From: Flaccisagitta enflata
Lineage: Eukaryota
NCBI GenBank assembly: GCA_965153355.1
Contig: OZ231126.1
Coordinates: 39,804,001-39,868,000, forward strand
Direction of reading: 5' to 3'
DNA length: 64,000 nucleotides
The notes under the pieces were generated by a model. The model saw nothing but the letters and a program-made list of their open reading frames with translations, searched no databases and was not told the DNA's origin. The position numbers and the translations under genes were made by a program. The stretch's first letter is position 1. Each line of letters opens with the position of its first letter. This document shows positions 10,713 through 52,100 of this stretch, one piece after another.

Positions 10713-12888
10713 TCAGACAGAAAACAGCATAAAATGCGTAGAAATAAAAAGAATTCAAAAAATCATAATATGGAAACTATTTATCACACAGAATTCTGCT
10801 TGGCACTATCTGAAAGAGAATGATTAGCTCTCTCTTAGCTGTTAATTTCATGCGTACTCCTATTTGGCCCGAAAAAGTATCAACTTTCTCAAACTCTTCA
10901 TGAGCAAAAGGGAAATCCGAAACACTCAGCAGGTAGCAACAAGGCCAACACCTGTAAGTCGCGTGCGAGACTTACAGATTGACTTAGAATGATTTAGAAT
11001 GACTTAGAATGACTCAGTATACTCTTAAATGACTTTAAATGACTTAAAGAAATAAAATTGATAAAAAAAGTAAAAGTGTGACCGACAGACCGTCCGACCA
11101 ACTGACGGACGGACGGACGGACGAACGGACAAGGCGGAGTGTAAAGTCGCGTGCACGCGACTAAAAAGCCGTGGGAACTTCGTTTCTTTGACTTTTTTCC
11201 AAATGAGGGAATAAAAGAGAAAGAATTCTGTGTTGGGCAGTAAACCGATAATACAGAATTCTTGTGTCTCTTTAAGGGTATGATGAATGAATGAATGAAT
11301 GAATGAATGAATGACTGAATGACTGAATGAATGAATGAATGAATGAATGAATGAATGAATGAATGAATGATTGAATGATCATACTCATCGTTAATATTTC
11401 ATTATCAATAGATTATTAATCATAAAAATAGAGTAAACCAATAATACAGAGTTCTTGAGTCTTTTTATCTACAGCACAGTATGTTCTGTAAGAATGTCGC
11501 TTGTTTATTGGTTGCTAGGGAGCATCACAAGCACTGTGCTTTTAAAAAAAATTTCAGTGAAAAGTCATATAACTGTGGGTTTTTCTGCATTTTTGAGCAG
11601 TATTGGGGTGTAAGAGCATGTAACTAGCAAAAACAAAATCATTCCCCGAGCGCTTTTTGAGTAATCTTCAAAATAGCAAAAAATTAAACCACTCTTTAAT
11701 GCAGATTCTTATGAGTTGTGTTGACTCATTTTTCAATGCCATAATGTTTTTCTATACAAAATTTCCTTTCATTTGATAGGTCACACTATATGGTTTTATA
11801 TAAAAATTAGGTTCTTATATTTTGAGCCACTGTTACATTTTTGTAACAGTGACTCAAAAAATGAAAATTGTGATTTTTTGCAAAAGTATGGAGTGCGACC
11901 TATCAAATGAAAGGAAATTTTGCATAGTTTAACAATATGGAATCAGAAATTTAGTCAACACATCCCAGAAGAATCTGCATTGAAAATAGGTCTATTTTTC
12001 TCTGATTTTGAAGATTACTCAAAAAGCGCTCGGGGAATGATTTTGTTTTTGCTAGTTACATGTTCTTACATCCCATTACTGCTCAAAAATGCAGAAAAAC
12101 CCACAGTTATATGATTTTTCACTCAGAATTGTTTTAAAAGTACAGTGCAGGGTTGTTACTCATGGATACGCTCCTTAGCATAGCCAAACAATTCAGTATT
12201 CTTCCAGAACAAATTTTGGGAAAGTTGTAGCAAATTTAATTTTAAGCGATATTCCCTAAAAACAAGGCCGGATACACGGCAATCCAATCGCGGACGGTTG
12301 GGCAGGAGCAGTAATGCGAAAACCGCTTGGAATTCAAAAATGTGATGGACGGACGGACGGACGGACGGACGGACGGACGGACGGACGGACGGACGGACGG
12401 ACGGACGGACGGACCTACCGACCGACACGGCAAGGTGTAGAGTCGCGTGTCCGCGACTAAAAATCTCCTAAAATATTGATATTTTAACAAGATTACGTGG
12501 AAATATGTTTTCATGGCAACCGACCATCATGGAGAGTAAATAATTTTTTTGATAGTTAATATTTCAAATATCAGTCCCCTAGCTTCATTTCTCTTCCCAT
12601 AATACGTGATCTCAAGACGAGATCTACTGTACCAGATACAGATACAAGATAATGACTAGATAAATCTACAACAGAATTTAGCATTTTGTTTCATATCTTA
12701 CCAAACAAGTATAATAGATAAGCCCACAACAGAGTTTTCCATGTCGATTTTGCCACTTCAAAGAGGAGAGCATAAACAGCCAAAAAATGAAAGAACGCAA
12801 ATTTGGCCACATTAGACCAGTAAATGTGCGGTTTGAAGTTACTTTTTGAGTTAGGTGAACTGTCGGAGACTTGATCGTGAAGTCGCAT
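6179..12888 (-). CDS. SCD: Acyl-CoA delta-9 (stearoyl-CoA) desaturase-like gene, 6 coding exons, ~353 aa
   Basis: Exons 12888-12702, 10353-10194, 9680-9528, 9421-9332, 6961-6778 and 6466-6179 join in frame across GT-AG introns (1062 nt). All three His boxes are present ([29 protein letters not shown]), plus [19 protein letters not shown] and TFLVNSAAH. Confidence 0.95.
6778..6961 (-). CDS. Desaturase exon 5 (His box 3)
   Basis: YMVAGVLRY...[12 protein letters not shown]...[13 protein letters not shown]|gttagt. Confidence 0.92.
8232..9144. repeat. ~900-bp spacer-less palindrome
   Basis: Perfect centre GCAATATGCAAATGAGA|TCTCATTTGCATATTGC at 8708/8709; arms alignable out to AATTCGGCCAGGA. Confidence 0.85.
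9332..9421 (-). CDS. Desaturase exon 4
   Basis: [28 protein letters not shown]; tag| and |gtgagt. Confidence 0.92.
9528..9680 (-). CDS. Desaturase exon 3
   Basis: [20 protein letters not shown]...[11 protein letters not shown]; cag| and |gtttga. Confidence 0.93.
10194..10353 (-). CDS. Desaturase exon 2 (His boxes 1 and 2)
   Basis: tag|GAATG...CACAG|gtagg; [21 protein letters not shown]...[13 protein letters not shown]. Confidence 0.93.
11532..12147. mobile_element. Palindromic MITE with CACTG...CAGTG ends
   Basis: ~300-bp inverted arms; TSD not evident. Confidence 0.7.
12702..12888 (-). CDS. Desaturase exon 1 (MRLHDQ...YWSNVAKF...[13 protein letters not shown])
   Basis: ATG at 12888; donor G|gtaag, phase 1. 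Confidence 0.85.
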
Positions 12889-14577
12889 GATAATGCTTCT
12901 TTTTTGAGTCTTTTTGGAGCATGTCCGGCGTGCTCAATCAAAAGAATTTTAGAAGATAAAAAAGAATATCATGGCACGTCATAAAAAATGAATATATGAC
13001 ATGCCACGTTATAGAAATAGAATCAATTTTATCTTTGGAATGAAAATATTTTTAGTCGCGGACTTGCAACTCTCTGACAGGCTTTGTCCGTCCGTCCATC
13101 CATTCGTTCATCCGTCCGTCAGTCAAAACGTGTAAAAACGCATCTTTCCGCCTCCACCTCCCCGGTCCGCAAAGATATTTCAACCCTGAGTCACTTGTTC
13201 ACATGCGTATCCTCATACTTTTGATCTAGGAAGGACAACGAAAATGAAAAAAAAAAAAAAAATCACGACCACCCACATCTCAAGTACGTAAGTTGAATAG
13301 TCAATGCTCAGCCTATTTCTCACCTGACGATTTTAAGTCGCGTGCTACGCGACTCTACACCCTGCTTTGTCGGTCCGTCAGTCCGTCCGTCCGTCCGTCG
13401 GGCCGTCCGTCCGTCTGTTGGTCTGTTACACTTTACTTTTTTTGGGTTTTGTCGGTCTTTGGCCTCACCGCTCCTACCCAAATGATCAAGTGACCTCAAA
13501 CCCGGCCCCTGCCCACCCACACGCGACTGGGGTAGCCGTATATCCGGCCTTGTTAACAAAAGAGACAGAGGAAAAAAAAAGAGAAAAGCTTGGCATAAAA
13601 AGTAGCATTTCCACGCGGCTTACATCGAGGAGGGTCTTATAGATGTCCCGACTGTTTCTCCCATTATACTTCTTTCTTTTTTCTCGGTTGCTATCAATAG
13701 AGACTTTTTCGTTTTATCTTCTTCCGGTGAACACAAATTAGATCGTGATAAGGCAATCAGGTTTGACGTGCAGCTAGATGCAATGTGGCAAACATGAGGG
13801 GAATTCACATCAGATATTCTGTATTTCTCCTTTGAGGAACTGGTAAGGATATGCGTGGTGAGGCTGGACATAATTGTATCCGAAATCTGATTCACGAGTG
13901 ACGAAATTGGAAAAGGAGATATTGAGAAACTATTGTGAAAGACCAAAATTTGGGCAATTTTTCTCAAATTGGCAGCGAAAGTGAGGCGACATTGACGGAT
14001 CTTAAGTAACCGTTGCAAAACTATTCATTCACCGTCGCCTTTTCCTCCCGACTTGATTATTATTCATTTTCGTCATTGATTGCCTATCTATTGACTATTG
14101 TTCGGCCTTTCGCGCTTTTGCTTCGTAAATTGACTAACAAAAGAATCTTTTTATTTCTTTAATAACAGAATTAGTAAGGTACGTTGATGATTAGGTAACC
14201 TGACTAACTGACTACCTGAGGGTCAAGATTGTGATAGTGCAATGACTTTTACAAAACCTCCCACTGAGGAGGTATTTCCTACATTCAAATTTCTGGAATT
14301 ATGTACTTGTTTTAAACTGGCATTTATTTTGAGTGAGTTCTCATTAATAACTATATGACTTTTTAGCGCTATCAAATTTCTTCTCCAGTCAATCATGTTG
14401 CGTCTTCGTAGATAAGGAAGCGTAGTGTTCGGTTTGTCCGTCGAAATGTTGGTCCAGCACGCAAACATTTATTTTAACTTTCACGATATCTTGGGCTCTC
14501 ACTCTTATAAAATTCTGCCATAAAAACCGTTCATTCAAAGAGTACTCATCGTTGGCCTACATAAACTTGTTCAGCTA

Positions 14578-15161
14578 ACACCCCTGACAAAATTAGGCGA
14601 ACTGGGGTTGAATTTCATGTATTTGTGCCTGACAAAGTGATTCAAATGGTACTTTGGGATATGTACATATGGACTAAGGTAAATTCCGTTCAAGTTCAGC
14701 CAAAATTACCAAAAAGAATAGGTTGAAATTCTATTTTATAGCCATTCTCTGATGAAAGACAGTTCGACTTTGTCCATTATTACCAAGTTTCTTATTGCAC
14801 ATTTTTTTAGCCTCAAGGGCTGCCCCTGCCCATTTCTTTGACCTCCTCTCTTAGTTTTATCTACAGAATGAGTTTTTAGCCATCAAAGGCCAAAAAAGTT
14901 GGGTATGGGCCGCGAAAAACAGCTGTAGGGTTGTGCCATCTTTTTGTAAAGATATTTCTGGGAAAATCTGTCACAATCTGATTTGCCGTTTCTGACTTAT
15001 CACCTTCAAATCCTTCTACCAGTGAATAATCCCCGTATGTTGCTCTACTATGTTAAAATATGACATTTTAGCTATCTCTATGTCAAATCTTGCAGAGCTT
15101 GGGCCAATTTTTCACCCTCTAGGGCATATGTTCCCAGTTCGCCTAATTATGTCAGGGGTGT
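14578..15161. mobile_element. TA-flanked MITE
   Basis: TIR ACACCCCTGACAAAATTAGGCGAACTGGG / CCCAGTTCGCCTAATTATGTCAGGGGTGT. Confidence 0.8.
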
Positions 15162-15350
15162 TATTACGTAGCCCAAGAAAATACATGGATGACAGAATTG
15201 AAATTGCACGGGTGAGTATATTTCAGACGATTTATTTCCGCTTATCATCCAGTACGATCATCCAGCGATACCAAGTTGTTGTAATAATGAGCACAATCAC
15301 AGGGTGTTGGGTTGATTTTTACATGGAGAATCACAATAAAGACGAGGAGA

Positions 15351-15444
<94 letters not shown>

Positions 15445-15687
15445 CTGGCAGAGACTGAGCAAGACAGAGACAGACAAAAAGCTAGAGAGAGAGAGATTAA
15501 GTAAAAATTAAAGTAGATAACATGTTTGGTCTGCGTCCATCTCCAACAGTCGACAACTAACATGTAGGTAGACTATAATTTTCAATGCTATGAACAACAG
15601 GACATCTATGATCGCATACGCACATGGATATACAGACAAATACACAAATATACGAACACGCACAAACGCGCGCGCACACACACACAA

Positions 15688-15801
<114 letters not shown>

Positions 15802-15854
15802 GACCGCGCTCGCAACCACATACTATATCACTCAGTCTCAGACGTAGTTTGTTT

Positions 15855-16752
15855 GGTCACTAGAACGACTAAATGAAGCACAAAAAAGAAAAAAAGAAAA
15901 AAAGGAAAAAAAAGAAAAGAAAAACAAGTATGAAAGGGAAGTTTAGAGAACGCGACAAAACATACGGTGCATTTTGATTGGAATATTGCCTAAAAACCTG
16001 TTTAAGTATAATACTCCGAAATAGTTTAATCGAGTAAGATTTTTTACATTTAGTCGGTAAATATCAAATATCATAAATAGTTAAAGAATCCAGGTTATTT
16101 TCAGCGATATTCTTAATCAAAAACCGCGTATGAGACTGTATCATTTTCATTTAGCATCATATCACATCTTTTAGGACATAGTTGTTTATTTCACTCAAAA
16201 GAAATAAAAATTGTCATCATCAGAGGACTTCTATATTTAGTATCTTTAGTATTCCTTCTATGATCGGTTTTCTTTGTCCTCGTCATATTCATTCTTTGTT
16301 ATGGTTCGGTCACTAGAACGACTAAATGAAGCACAAAAAAGAAAAAAAGAAAAGAAAAAAGAAAAGAAAAACAAGTATGAAAGGGAAGTTTAGAGAACGC
16401 GACAAAACAGTAATATCATACGGTGCATTTTGATTGGAATATTGCCTAAAAACCTGTTTAAGTGTAATACTCCAAAATAGTTTAATCAAGTAAGGTTTTT
16501 TACATTTACTTGGTAGATATCAAATATCATTAATAGTTAAAGAATCCAGGTTTTTTTTCAACGATATTCTTAATCAAAAACTGCGTATGAGACTGTATCA
16601 TTTTCATTTAGCATCATATCACATCTTTTAGGACATAGTTGTTTATTTCACTCAAAAGAAATAAAAATTGTCATCATCAGAGGACTTCTATATTTAGTAT
16701 CTTTAGTATTCCTTCTATGATCGGTTTTCTTTGTCCTCGTCATATTCATTCT
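15855..16752 (+). repeat. ~450-bp direct tandem duplication
   Basis: GGTCACTAGAACGACTAAATGAAGCAC at ~15855 and ~16307; near-identical units. Confidence 0.9.
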
Positions 16753-17540
16753 TTGGTATGTCCATCCAGACCTGTGCATTTTAGTGTAGCGAATTGAGCC
16801 GCTACACGGAGTAGCATGGGGCATCTCAGAATATTTTTAAGAGGGAAGAAAAAGAAGAAAAGAAAGAAGGAGAAGGAGAAGGAGAAGGAGAAGAAGGAGA
16901 AGAAGAAGACGAAGAAGAAGAAGAAGAAGAAGAAGAAGAAGAAGAAGAAGAAGAAGAAGGAGAAGAAGATTAAGATGAAGATGAAGATGAAGATGAAGAA
17001 AAAGAAGAAGTAAGAGAACAAGGCCAAGTAGGCCAACAATGCGTCCTCTTTGAGTGAATGTTTTTTATGAACGAATGTTGTTTATGAATGAATGTTGTTT
17101 ATGAATAAATGAATGGATGAATTATTCAATGTATGCTACTTTTCTGATGAAAAAATGCAAGATTCTGATGCTTTTTATGAATGCGTTACCCAACAGACAG
17201 ACCAACCGACGGACACAGCCTATTATAGAGATGCGAGGACGCATCTAAAAAAGAAGAAGTAGGAGAGAGAAAGTAAAAGAAGAAACTGAAATAGGAGAGT
17301 GAATTTTCTTGTGCTGAAGTTGGAGGGTATAGGGGGCTACCCGGAAGGATAAAAGAATGTACAGGCCTGCAATTCAGAACATGTCCATTGTCCAATTATC
17401 ACATGATAGCATGGAGTCATATTTTACTTGGCTCAAAATCACCATGAGACAGTTTATCATTGAAAATATACCAGAAATCCAAGAGAGTATGAAAAACTCA
17501 TGATAGCTTCCGGCTTCAAATCATTGAGAAAATTTGCAAA

Positions 17541-44404
<26,864 letters not shown>

Positions 44405-44474
44405 CTGGTGGTAAAAAAGGGGAACTAAGTCGTTAAACAAAATGAAAAGACAAATGAGCACTGACGGGAGGAAA

Positions 44475-44573
<99 letters not shown>

Positions 44574-44578
44574 GCACG

Positions 44579-44699
<121 letters not shown>

Positions 44700-44889
44700 C
44701 GGTCACATCGAGGAATAGGAGAAGTCAGACGTGACAGGTTTCAAAAGTAGAAAGATTTCATTCATAACCAAAATATTTCTTATGTGTGTCCTAGCACATC
44801 TATTACGGTCACGTCTGGGTCACGTAGTAGGAGAGTTAGCGTCCTTTTGTATTTTGTTTTTAGCGGTCAATCACTCGAAAGCGGGTAAC

Positions 44890-45000
44890 AAGTTAGGGTT
44901 AGGGATAGGGTTAGTGTTAGGGTTAGGGATAAGGTCAGGGATAGTCTTAGGGATCGGGTTAGGGTTAGGGTTAGGGCTAGTGTTAGATTTAGGGGTGTTT
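44890..45000 (+). repeat. Degenerate interstitial (TTAGGG)n
   Basis: TTAGGG variants; complementary CCCTAA tract at 45900-45970. Confidence 0.7.
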
Positions 45001-46144
45001 TAAAGCTTAATATCTACTTGCCGATTGAAAGTTTGCTCTGGCGGAATTTTCGGGAAACTCAAGTGCGATACTTCCTCTACAAAATGACCCATGTCTGTCC
45101 GTCTGTCTGTCCGTCAGTCACGCAAACGTTAAGACCGAGCAAAAGGGCGATTCTGATGTCTTTCCTCATTCCTGTCTCTCGCTTTCCTGCTTTCGTTTTC
45201 ATTCCTTTCTTGTTTCTTTTATTCATTCATTCATTCATTCATTCATTCATTCATTCATTCATTCATTCATTCATTCATTCATTCATTCATTCATTCATAC
45301 GTCAAAAACATTCATTCATACGTCAAAAACATTCATCAATTAAAAATGTTCAACCATTCATCCTTAATCAGCGAGGCGCACATATTGGCCATAACTTGGC
45401 CTTGTTCATCTTGTCATAATTATAAGACTTTCAACAGAGCAATAAATGGTAATCACACAATAATAACAACATCGTTGATGATGTCATCTTACATTTGACC
45501 AAATAATCAGGAATGAAAAATAAATATATGAAAAGCTTTGATAGGCGGAATATGAAACTGAGGACCAAGCAAGCCTTCTGTTTGCATTTCATTAAAAGCG
45601 GGTCATACCCACAAATTCTCTCCACAGTGGGAGGAGATAGTCTTCCACAAATTATTATTTGGTTTTCTATACACAATTTGTATCTTATGGATATGATAGG
45701 AGAAGATTCATTATAAATTGAGTTGCAATTTCTTGTCATATTTCATGGTCAGTGTGAATGAGTCACTCATGCAAAGGGAAGGGTTTGTTATTCGGAAAAA
45801 ATTTCTAAGACGATACAGATCTTTTGTTTCTTTCGAGTTTCCCAGCTTGGGCGAAGCTTTAATTCAAGTAGATTCGGGTTGAAATGTATAAGACCCAGCC
45901 CTCACCTAGCCCTAACGCTAGCCCTAACCCCGACCCCAACCTTAACCCTAACCCTACCCCTAACCCTAAATAAAAAAAACCGCTTAGAAAGTCAGTAAAA
46001 CAAAAGACATCACCGAATTGGAAAAGAGTACCTGTTAGTCTTAGCGCTTATTCTTTCAGCATCTGATGGCATTATGGGCTTCATGGCAGTATATTCTTAT
46101 GATTTGATCACAATCAATTCATCCCTCAGTCTCCCTACCAACAG

Positions 46145-49100
46145 GCTGTATGACAGAACTCCAAACAGCAGCCGAAATCGAATCTTTGAAAGGATTCTAA
46201 AATTCCAACTCTATGTCCTCTTGAGTAAACAGAGAAAAGTTCTTTATTTTGGGGCGACGGAAGAAGATTTTTCAGTGATATCACTCAAAATCGAAGTCAA
46301 TTTCATAAGTTTACCCATCTTTTCATTCATTCATTCATTCATTCATTCATTCATTCATTCATTCATTCATTCATTCATTCATTCATTCATTCATTCATTC
46401 ATTTGTTCATTCATTCATTCATCCGTACAGACAGACGTCTGGAAATTCACCACTGTGTCTTACAGTTGCCAAAAAGCGGCAAAAAGTTACAAGGCTGACT
46501 TTTGGCCAAGAATAGTCATTTCAAGGCTCAGGAATGCGTATTTTGAGCCTAAAATGGTTACTTCAGGTACTCTGAAACGGATATTCCAGAGCTCATTTTG
46601 GTCAAAACTATGTGGTTTTAGTGCCCCCGTATGTTGATTTTTGGACTTAAAATGGCTACTTCAGGAGGGCGAGGGGTAGGGAGGTAAGATTGAAAATTGC
46701 AGAAATTGCCCTTTGTGAATTAAAAAGTCTTGTGACTCTCCAGGGCCGCTGTCTAAAAAACGTGTTCCCGACATTTTTACAAAGTCACAATCCAAGAGAT
46801 CATTCAAAAGAAATGATATCGAGTTGATACAACTTTTACCGCACATCATTTTGATAGACCTTTCTTCAATCCGATTCAACCTACCAATGTTTCCTTGTTT
46901 TAATATTTTCGGCGTTGGACAAGGAGATTTGGTGATCTTTTGCAGGTTTGGAATTAGCTGATTCCACAGTGCCAGCGTTTTCAAATAGTCGGCCGTTACT
47001 TGGGTCTGAAAGGATGCGAACAATAGGTGAATGGATGAATGAATGAATGAATGAATGAATGAATGAATGAATGAATGAATGAATGAATGAATGAATGAAT
47101 GAATGAATGAATGAATGAATGAATGAATGAATGAATGAATGGATTAATTCCACAACGCCAGCGCTTTCGAGCAGATGGTCTTTACATGGGTCTGAATGAT
47201 GTGCAGGGTCAGGGGGCGGAAAAAGGGTGATGTCAATAAACCCGTGTTATTGATTTCTGACGATCGGCCCGATCGGGCATAAATCAAGAGGAAGAAACCT
47301 ACTTCGTATCCTCTGTCTAGTTCGTAAACAAACGAAATGTTCCTCTCAAAGGAATCCCGAGACAAATTGGCAAATCAAAACCGACAATAGAAAGGAAGGT
47401 AGAAAGAGGGATTGAGAAGAGGCAAGGAAGAAAAGAAATAAGTTAAGGAAAAAAAAATGAAAAGATTGGTTATGGTGGGGGGGGGGGGAGAAAGGTACTG
47501 GATAGGAAAAAAGAAAGAAAAGGATTTGGTGGTGGAGTTGAAAAAAAAAGGCGGATAAAATAAATAGTCGCAAAAGCGTTAGGTGGTCAGCGGTACCCGT
47601 GCCCTGCTTAGGTAGATCATGGTTGTAGTTGAGGATGGGATGACCTATGCTTTCACACAGGGGAATTTTCTCCTTCTCCTTCTCCTCCTCCTCCTCCTTC
47701 TCCGTCCATCCTTCCCCAACCTCCACGCACATGTCTCAGCTTTGAAGCCCATATCCCAGTCTTGAGGCCCAAATCCCTCAAAGTTGGGATTTGGGCCTCA
47801 AAGATGGGATTTTGGCCTTAAGATGGGATTTGGGCTCTAAAGTTGGGATTTGGGCCTCATGACAGGGATTTGGGCCTCAAGGCTGGGATTTGGGCCTCAA
47901 GGCTGGGATCTGGGCCTCAAGGCTGAGATATGGGCCAGGAGGTGGGGAAGAAGAGGGGAGGAGGAGAAGGAGAAAATTCCCCTATGTGAAAGCATAGGTC
48001 ATCGACCCCTTCGGGGCCGCTGCCCAAAAGGAGGGGATGAAAGAGTGAAGAAAAAAGAAAAAAAAAGAATAAGTTCCCTCGGGATTTGTTTTCATAACGA
48101 CTGATTCCATCCCACTTCCTTCAAATTTAATCCTGAAACTTATTTTTTCATTCTTTTTTTACCTCTGTTTTCTGCCTCCGAGCTTAAGTTGAGCTTCAGA
48201 AAGCGCTCTACCGTTTCTCAACAACTTTACAATGCGGCAAAAACGGTTCGGGTTAAGAATATACACCACCTTAGATCTTAAATATGTTTCGAACACAAGA
48301 AAGGCTTTATTTTCTCAGGCTTGGTATTCTCTGATGCGGAAGAGAAAATAAGGCAAGTTAGGTTCGCAAAATTAGTGAGTTATTGGACAGACGGACCGAA
48401 AACGACCTATATAGCTATAAAGTTTGAATCAGGTGAGAAAAGGAATGAGGAATAATCCCACGTGGAATGATGATTTGTCTTTCGGTAGGACTTGAACTCT
48501 TAGACATGACCTGGAATTGAGAACATTGTGTCATTGTCAAAAACAGAGAGGAAAAATAATCATTGATAACATAATCACAATTGATGTTAATCATGAAATT
48601 AAGTTATTGACATAATGTGTATTTAGGTAATATTGCACTTATTCGTTTATTCATTCATTCATTCATTCAGTTATGCAATTATGTAATATTGAAATACGGA
48701 GCGCGCGACTGTTACCCCGTTGGGCTTCTTACTGAATACACTTTTTTTATAAGAACATCATTTTTTGGGCAATCCTTCAAAGTTCTAAAATTTTGAGCAG
48801 TTTCAAGGGTTAAATGTTCTTAAATTGTCCTTAATTCAAACGCACTTTTTAGCCTTCAATTAAGGTTCTTAATTAGTTTAAGTTTGTCATAAAGAAGAAA
48901 ATGTTAATAAAACAATAAAGCAGCAGGTTTAAACATTTTTAGTGAATTAAAATCAATAAAAGTAGAAAGATACATGCTATATGAATTGAGACATGATTTG
49001 CTGAACAGAGTCTATTTATTAAGAACAATCAATTAAAAAAAAACACAACAAAATGTTCTTATATTTAAGATTTAAAGCTTAATATTCTTAAATTTTTGAA

Positions 49101-52100
49101 GAATTGAAGCCTTCCAATGTTCTTACCATGTACTTAAATTACTGACAATTTGAAGCCTAACGTTCTTACAAACTTGGTTCTCATAAAAAACAAGGCCGGA
49201 TACACAGGCCAAGACGGTGCGCCGAGCGTTACTAATTCATAGCTATCCCTAGCTCTATCAGACCTATCCCTAGCTCTATCAGACCTATCTTCAGCTCGAT
49301 CAGACCTATTCCCAGCTCTATCAGACCTATCCCAAGACCTATCCGACCTATCACCAGACCTATCCGACCTATCACCAGACCTATCTGACCTATCCCCAGC
49401 TCTACCAGACCTAACCGTAGCTGATTAAGTGTTATATTTTTAGCAATTTTTCATTCGAGCGTGACCGACGGATGGACGGACGGACAGAGCTTCTTATATG
49501 AATGAATGAATGAATGAATGAATGAATGAATGAATGAATGAATGAATGAATATGAATATGAATGAAAATGAATGAATAAGTGAATGAATATGAATGAAAA
49601 TGAATGAATAAGTGAATGAATATGAATAAATGAATGAATGAATATGAATATGAATGAAAATGAATGAATGAATGAATGAATGAATATGAATAAATGAGTA
49701 TGAATAAATGAATGAATGAGTATGAATGAATGAATGAATGAATATGAATATGAATGAATGAATGAATATGAATATGAATGAATGAATATGAATGAATATG
49801 AATGAATGAATGAATGAATGAATGAATGAATAAAAGAATGAATGAATGAATATGAATGAATATATGAATATGAATGAATATATGAATATGAATGAATGAA
49901 TGAGTATGAATGAATATGAATGAATATTGATATGAATGAATATGAATATGAATGAATATGAATGAATATGAATATGAATGAATATGAATATGAATGAATA
50001 TGAATATGAATGAATATGAATATGAATGAATGAATGAATGAATGAATGAATGATGAGTAACATGATATATGAAAAAGATGAGTTCTGAAGTGACTTAACC
50101 GTAGAAAAATATGATGAATGAAATGAATGAAGGATTGAATGAATGAATGAATAAATGAGGGGTGAATGAATGACGAGTAACATGACCTATGAAAAAGATG
50201 AGTTTTGAAGTGACTTAACTGTAGAAAAAACTGATGAATGAAATAAATGAACGAATGAATGAATGAAAACAATCATGAGGAAATGGCTCTAGCGTTTTTT
50301 CCGAATCATTTTCGATCATTTTCGCCTTTTTCAGAGATTTTCAACTCGAGCGTTACGTGACCGACCGACCGACCGACCAACCAACCGACCGACCGACAGA
50401 CAGAGCCTCTTATAGAGGTGCTATGGCGCACCTAAAAAGTGTATCTTTTCCGTTTTCCGTTTTACTATTTTTCTCTCCTTGCCCATTTTCAGTAATATCA
50501 CTGGCTGCCTCCGAAAAGATTTTTTTCTCCCAAAAGTAGAATCTTATTGGAAATTTTTTCACCCTCGCGTTGCTTTTTAGTTGCGGACACGCAACTCTAT
50601 AAGAGGCTTTGTCCATCTATTCGTCGGTCCGTCTGTCGGTCTATGAACAGGAGTTGAAAAGTGGAAAAATGAGCATTTTAGTTTCTTTTTGAGGATGGTG
50701 TGGGTGTGGATGGGGGTTGGACGCCCTGCCCACCCGTCCGCAACGATATTGTCACCCCGAGTCACTTATTTCTAAGCGTCCGACGGTCTTTCTGTGAGTT
50801 TATTTGTAAGATACGAGAATTTTGCGACACAAGAAGATACACATCAAAACACAAAGAAATGTCAAACATTACAAAATATCTCAGAAAGTTATCATTTCCA
50901 TCTATCGGTCATCGTAAATAATCGACTCATCAGTTATAACTTATTACTATTAGTCATTACTGTAAAAATTGAGTTCCCCCTATCCCCACAGGTGGAAAAA
51001 AATTCATATGGGGAAATACGATATACATAAGGGGTAAAAGAGAAGCCTGAAAAAGAAGATTGAAGGATATTTTACTCTTTTGGTAGTTCCATGATGACAT
51101 ATGATTCTTACAGCATGATTTGATACTATTCGATACCAAAAATGCACTGTCTTCATCTGTGGGGAGATCAAAGATTCTTTCACGTGATGTAAAAAAACGT
51201 GATGCGAAGCGATACATGTAAAAAATCTGGTGAAGTGAGAGAAATCAAAGGCGACTCAATTATATCCACCCCTGCTGATGAGTTATCCATCACGGGTGAA
51301 AGAGCGAAGTTTCAAGTTATTTCGGCAGAAATTTTGAGTATAAATATGACGCAAAACCAAATGTGAGCGATGCTACCTGAGGAGAAAATACGGCAACGCG
51401 GCCAACACCCATGCCGTTTTAGTATTTTTCTCTCCTCGCCCATTTTCAGTAATATCACTGGCTGCCTACACCCAGAAAAAGCAATCTTGAGAAGAGAAAA
51501 TCCCAATAATAATACCTCTCCAACTCTTCCTTTTTCTCTCTACAATAATATTTTTTTTTGAATACTTCTTCTTTTCTTTTTTCTCTCTAGCAGCTCATCA
51601 AGAACTCATTTCAACTCCTTCTCTCCTTAAGTCCAATAAAGCGATGATGAATCGATATCTTTCCGAGGACGGCACACGCCCATGCGTGCCAATACAGGGT
51701 GAACAACCTCAAGTGGGGAAAAGTAAAAGCTAATTCCTCTTGAACCACTGGTGGGGAGCTGCCTGACATTTGTTTTTTCTTCTTTGGTTTGTAAGAAATG
51801 AGAAATCAAAGCAGTTGAAAAAGTTGTGAAGGTTTCTCTCCATCTGCAGAAAATGATTTTTTGATTCTCAATCACATTGGCGTTTGAGACATGGAAATGC
51901 CATGGCAACATAAAACTGGATAGAAAAATACAAACATTTATGCTTCTGTTGGTGCTTCAGTTTAAAATCAAGATCATAATATTTGGTCGATGTATTGAGA
52001 ATTTACAGATGAAAGAATGAAAAAACACCATGTAGGAGCTTCAAAGAAATCAGGTCTGAAAGTTATTTTTAAGAGACTTTCATCTTCGGATTTTTTTTTC

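Noticed and set aside
11532-12147. Transib/RAG-like RSS ends (CACTGTG)
   Set aside because: No 5-bp TSD, the right end deviates, and there is no transposase; superfamily not assignable.
13620-14018. 132-aa minus-strand ORF upstream of the desaturase
   Set aside because: No recognisable motifs. It may be a 5' UTR exon (donor-like gtaagc at ~13623), but this is unsupported.
49451-50272. Long ORFs (273 and 229 aa) and similar SFIH, LSLS, CVCV and poly-L ORFs throughout the window
   Set aside because: Translations of microsatellites.
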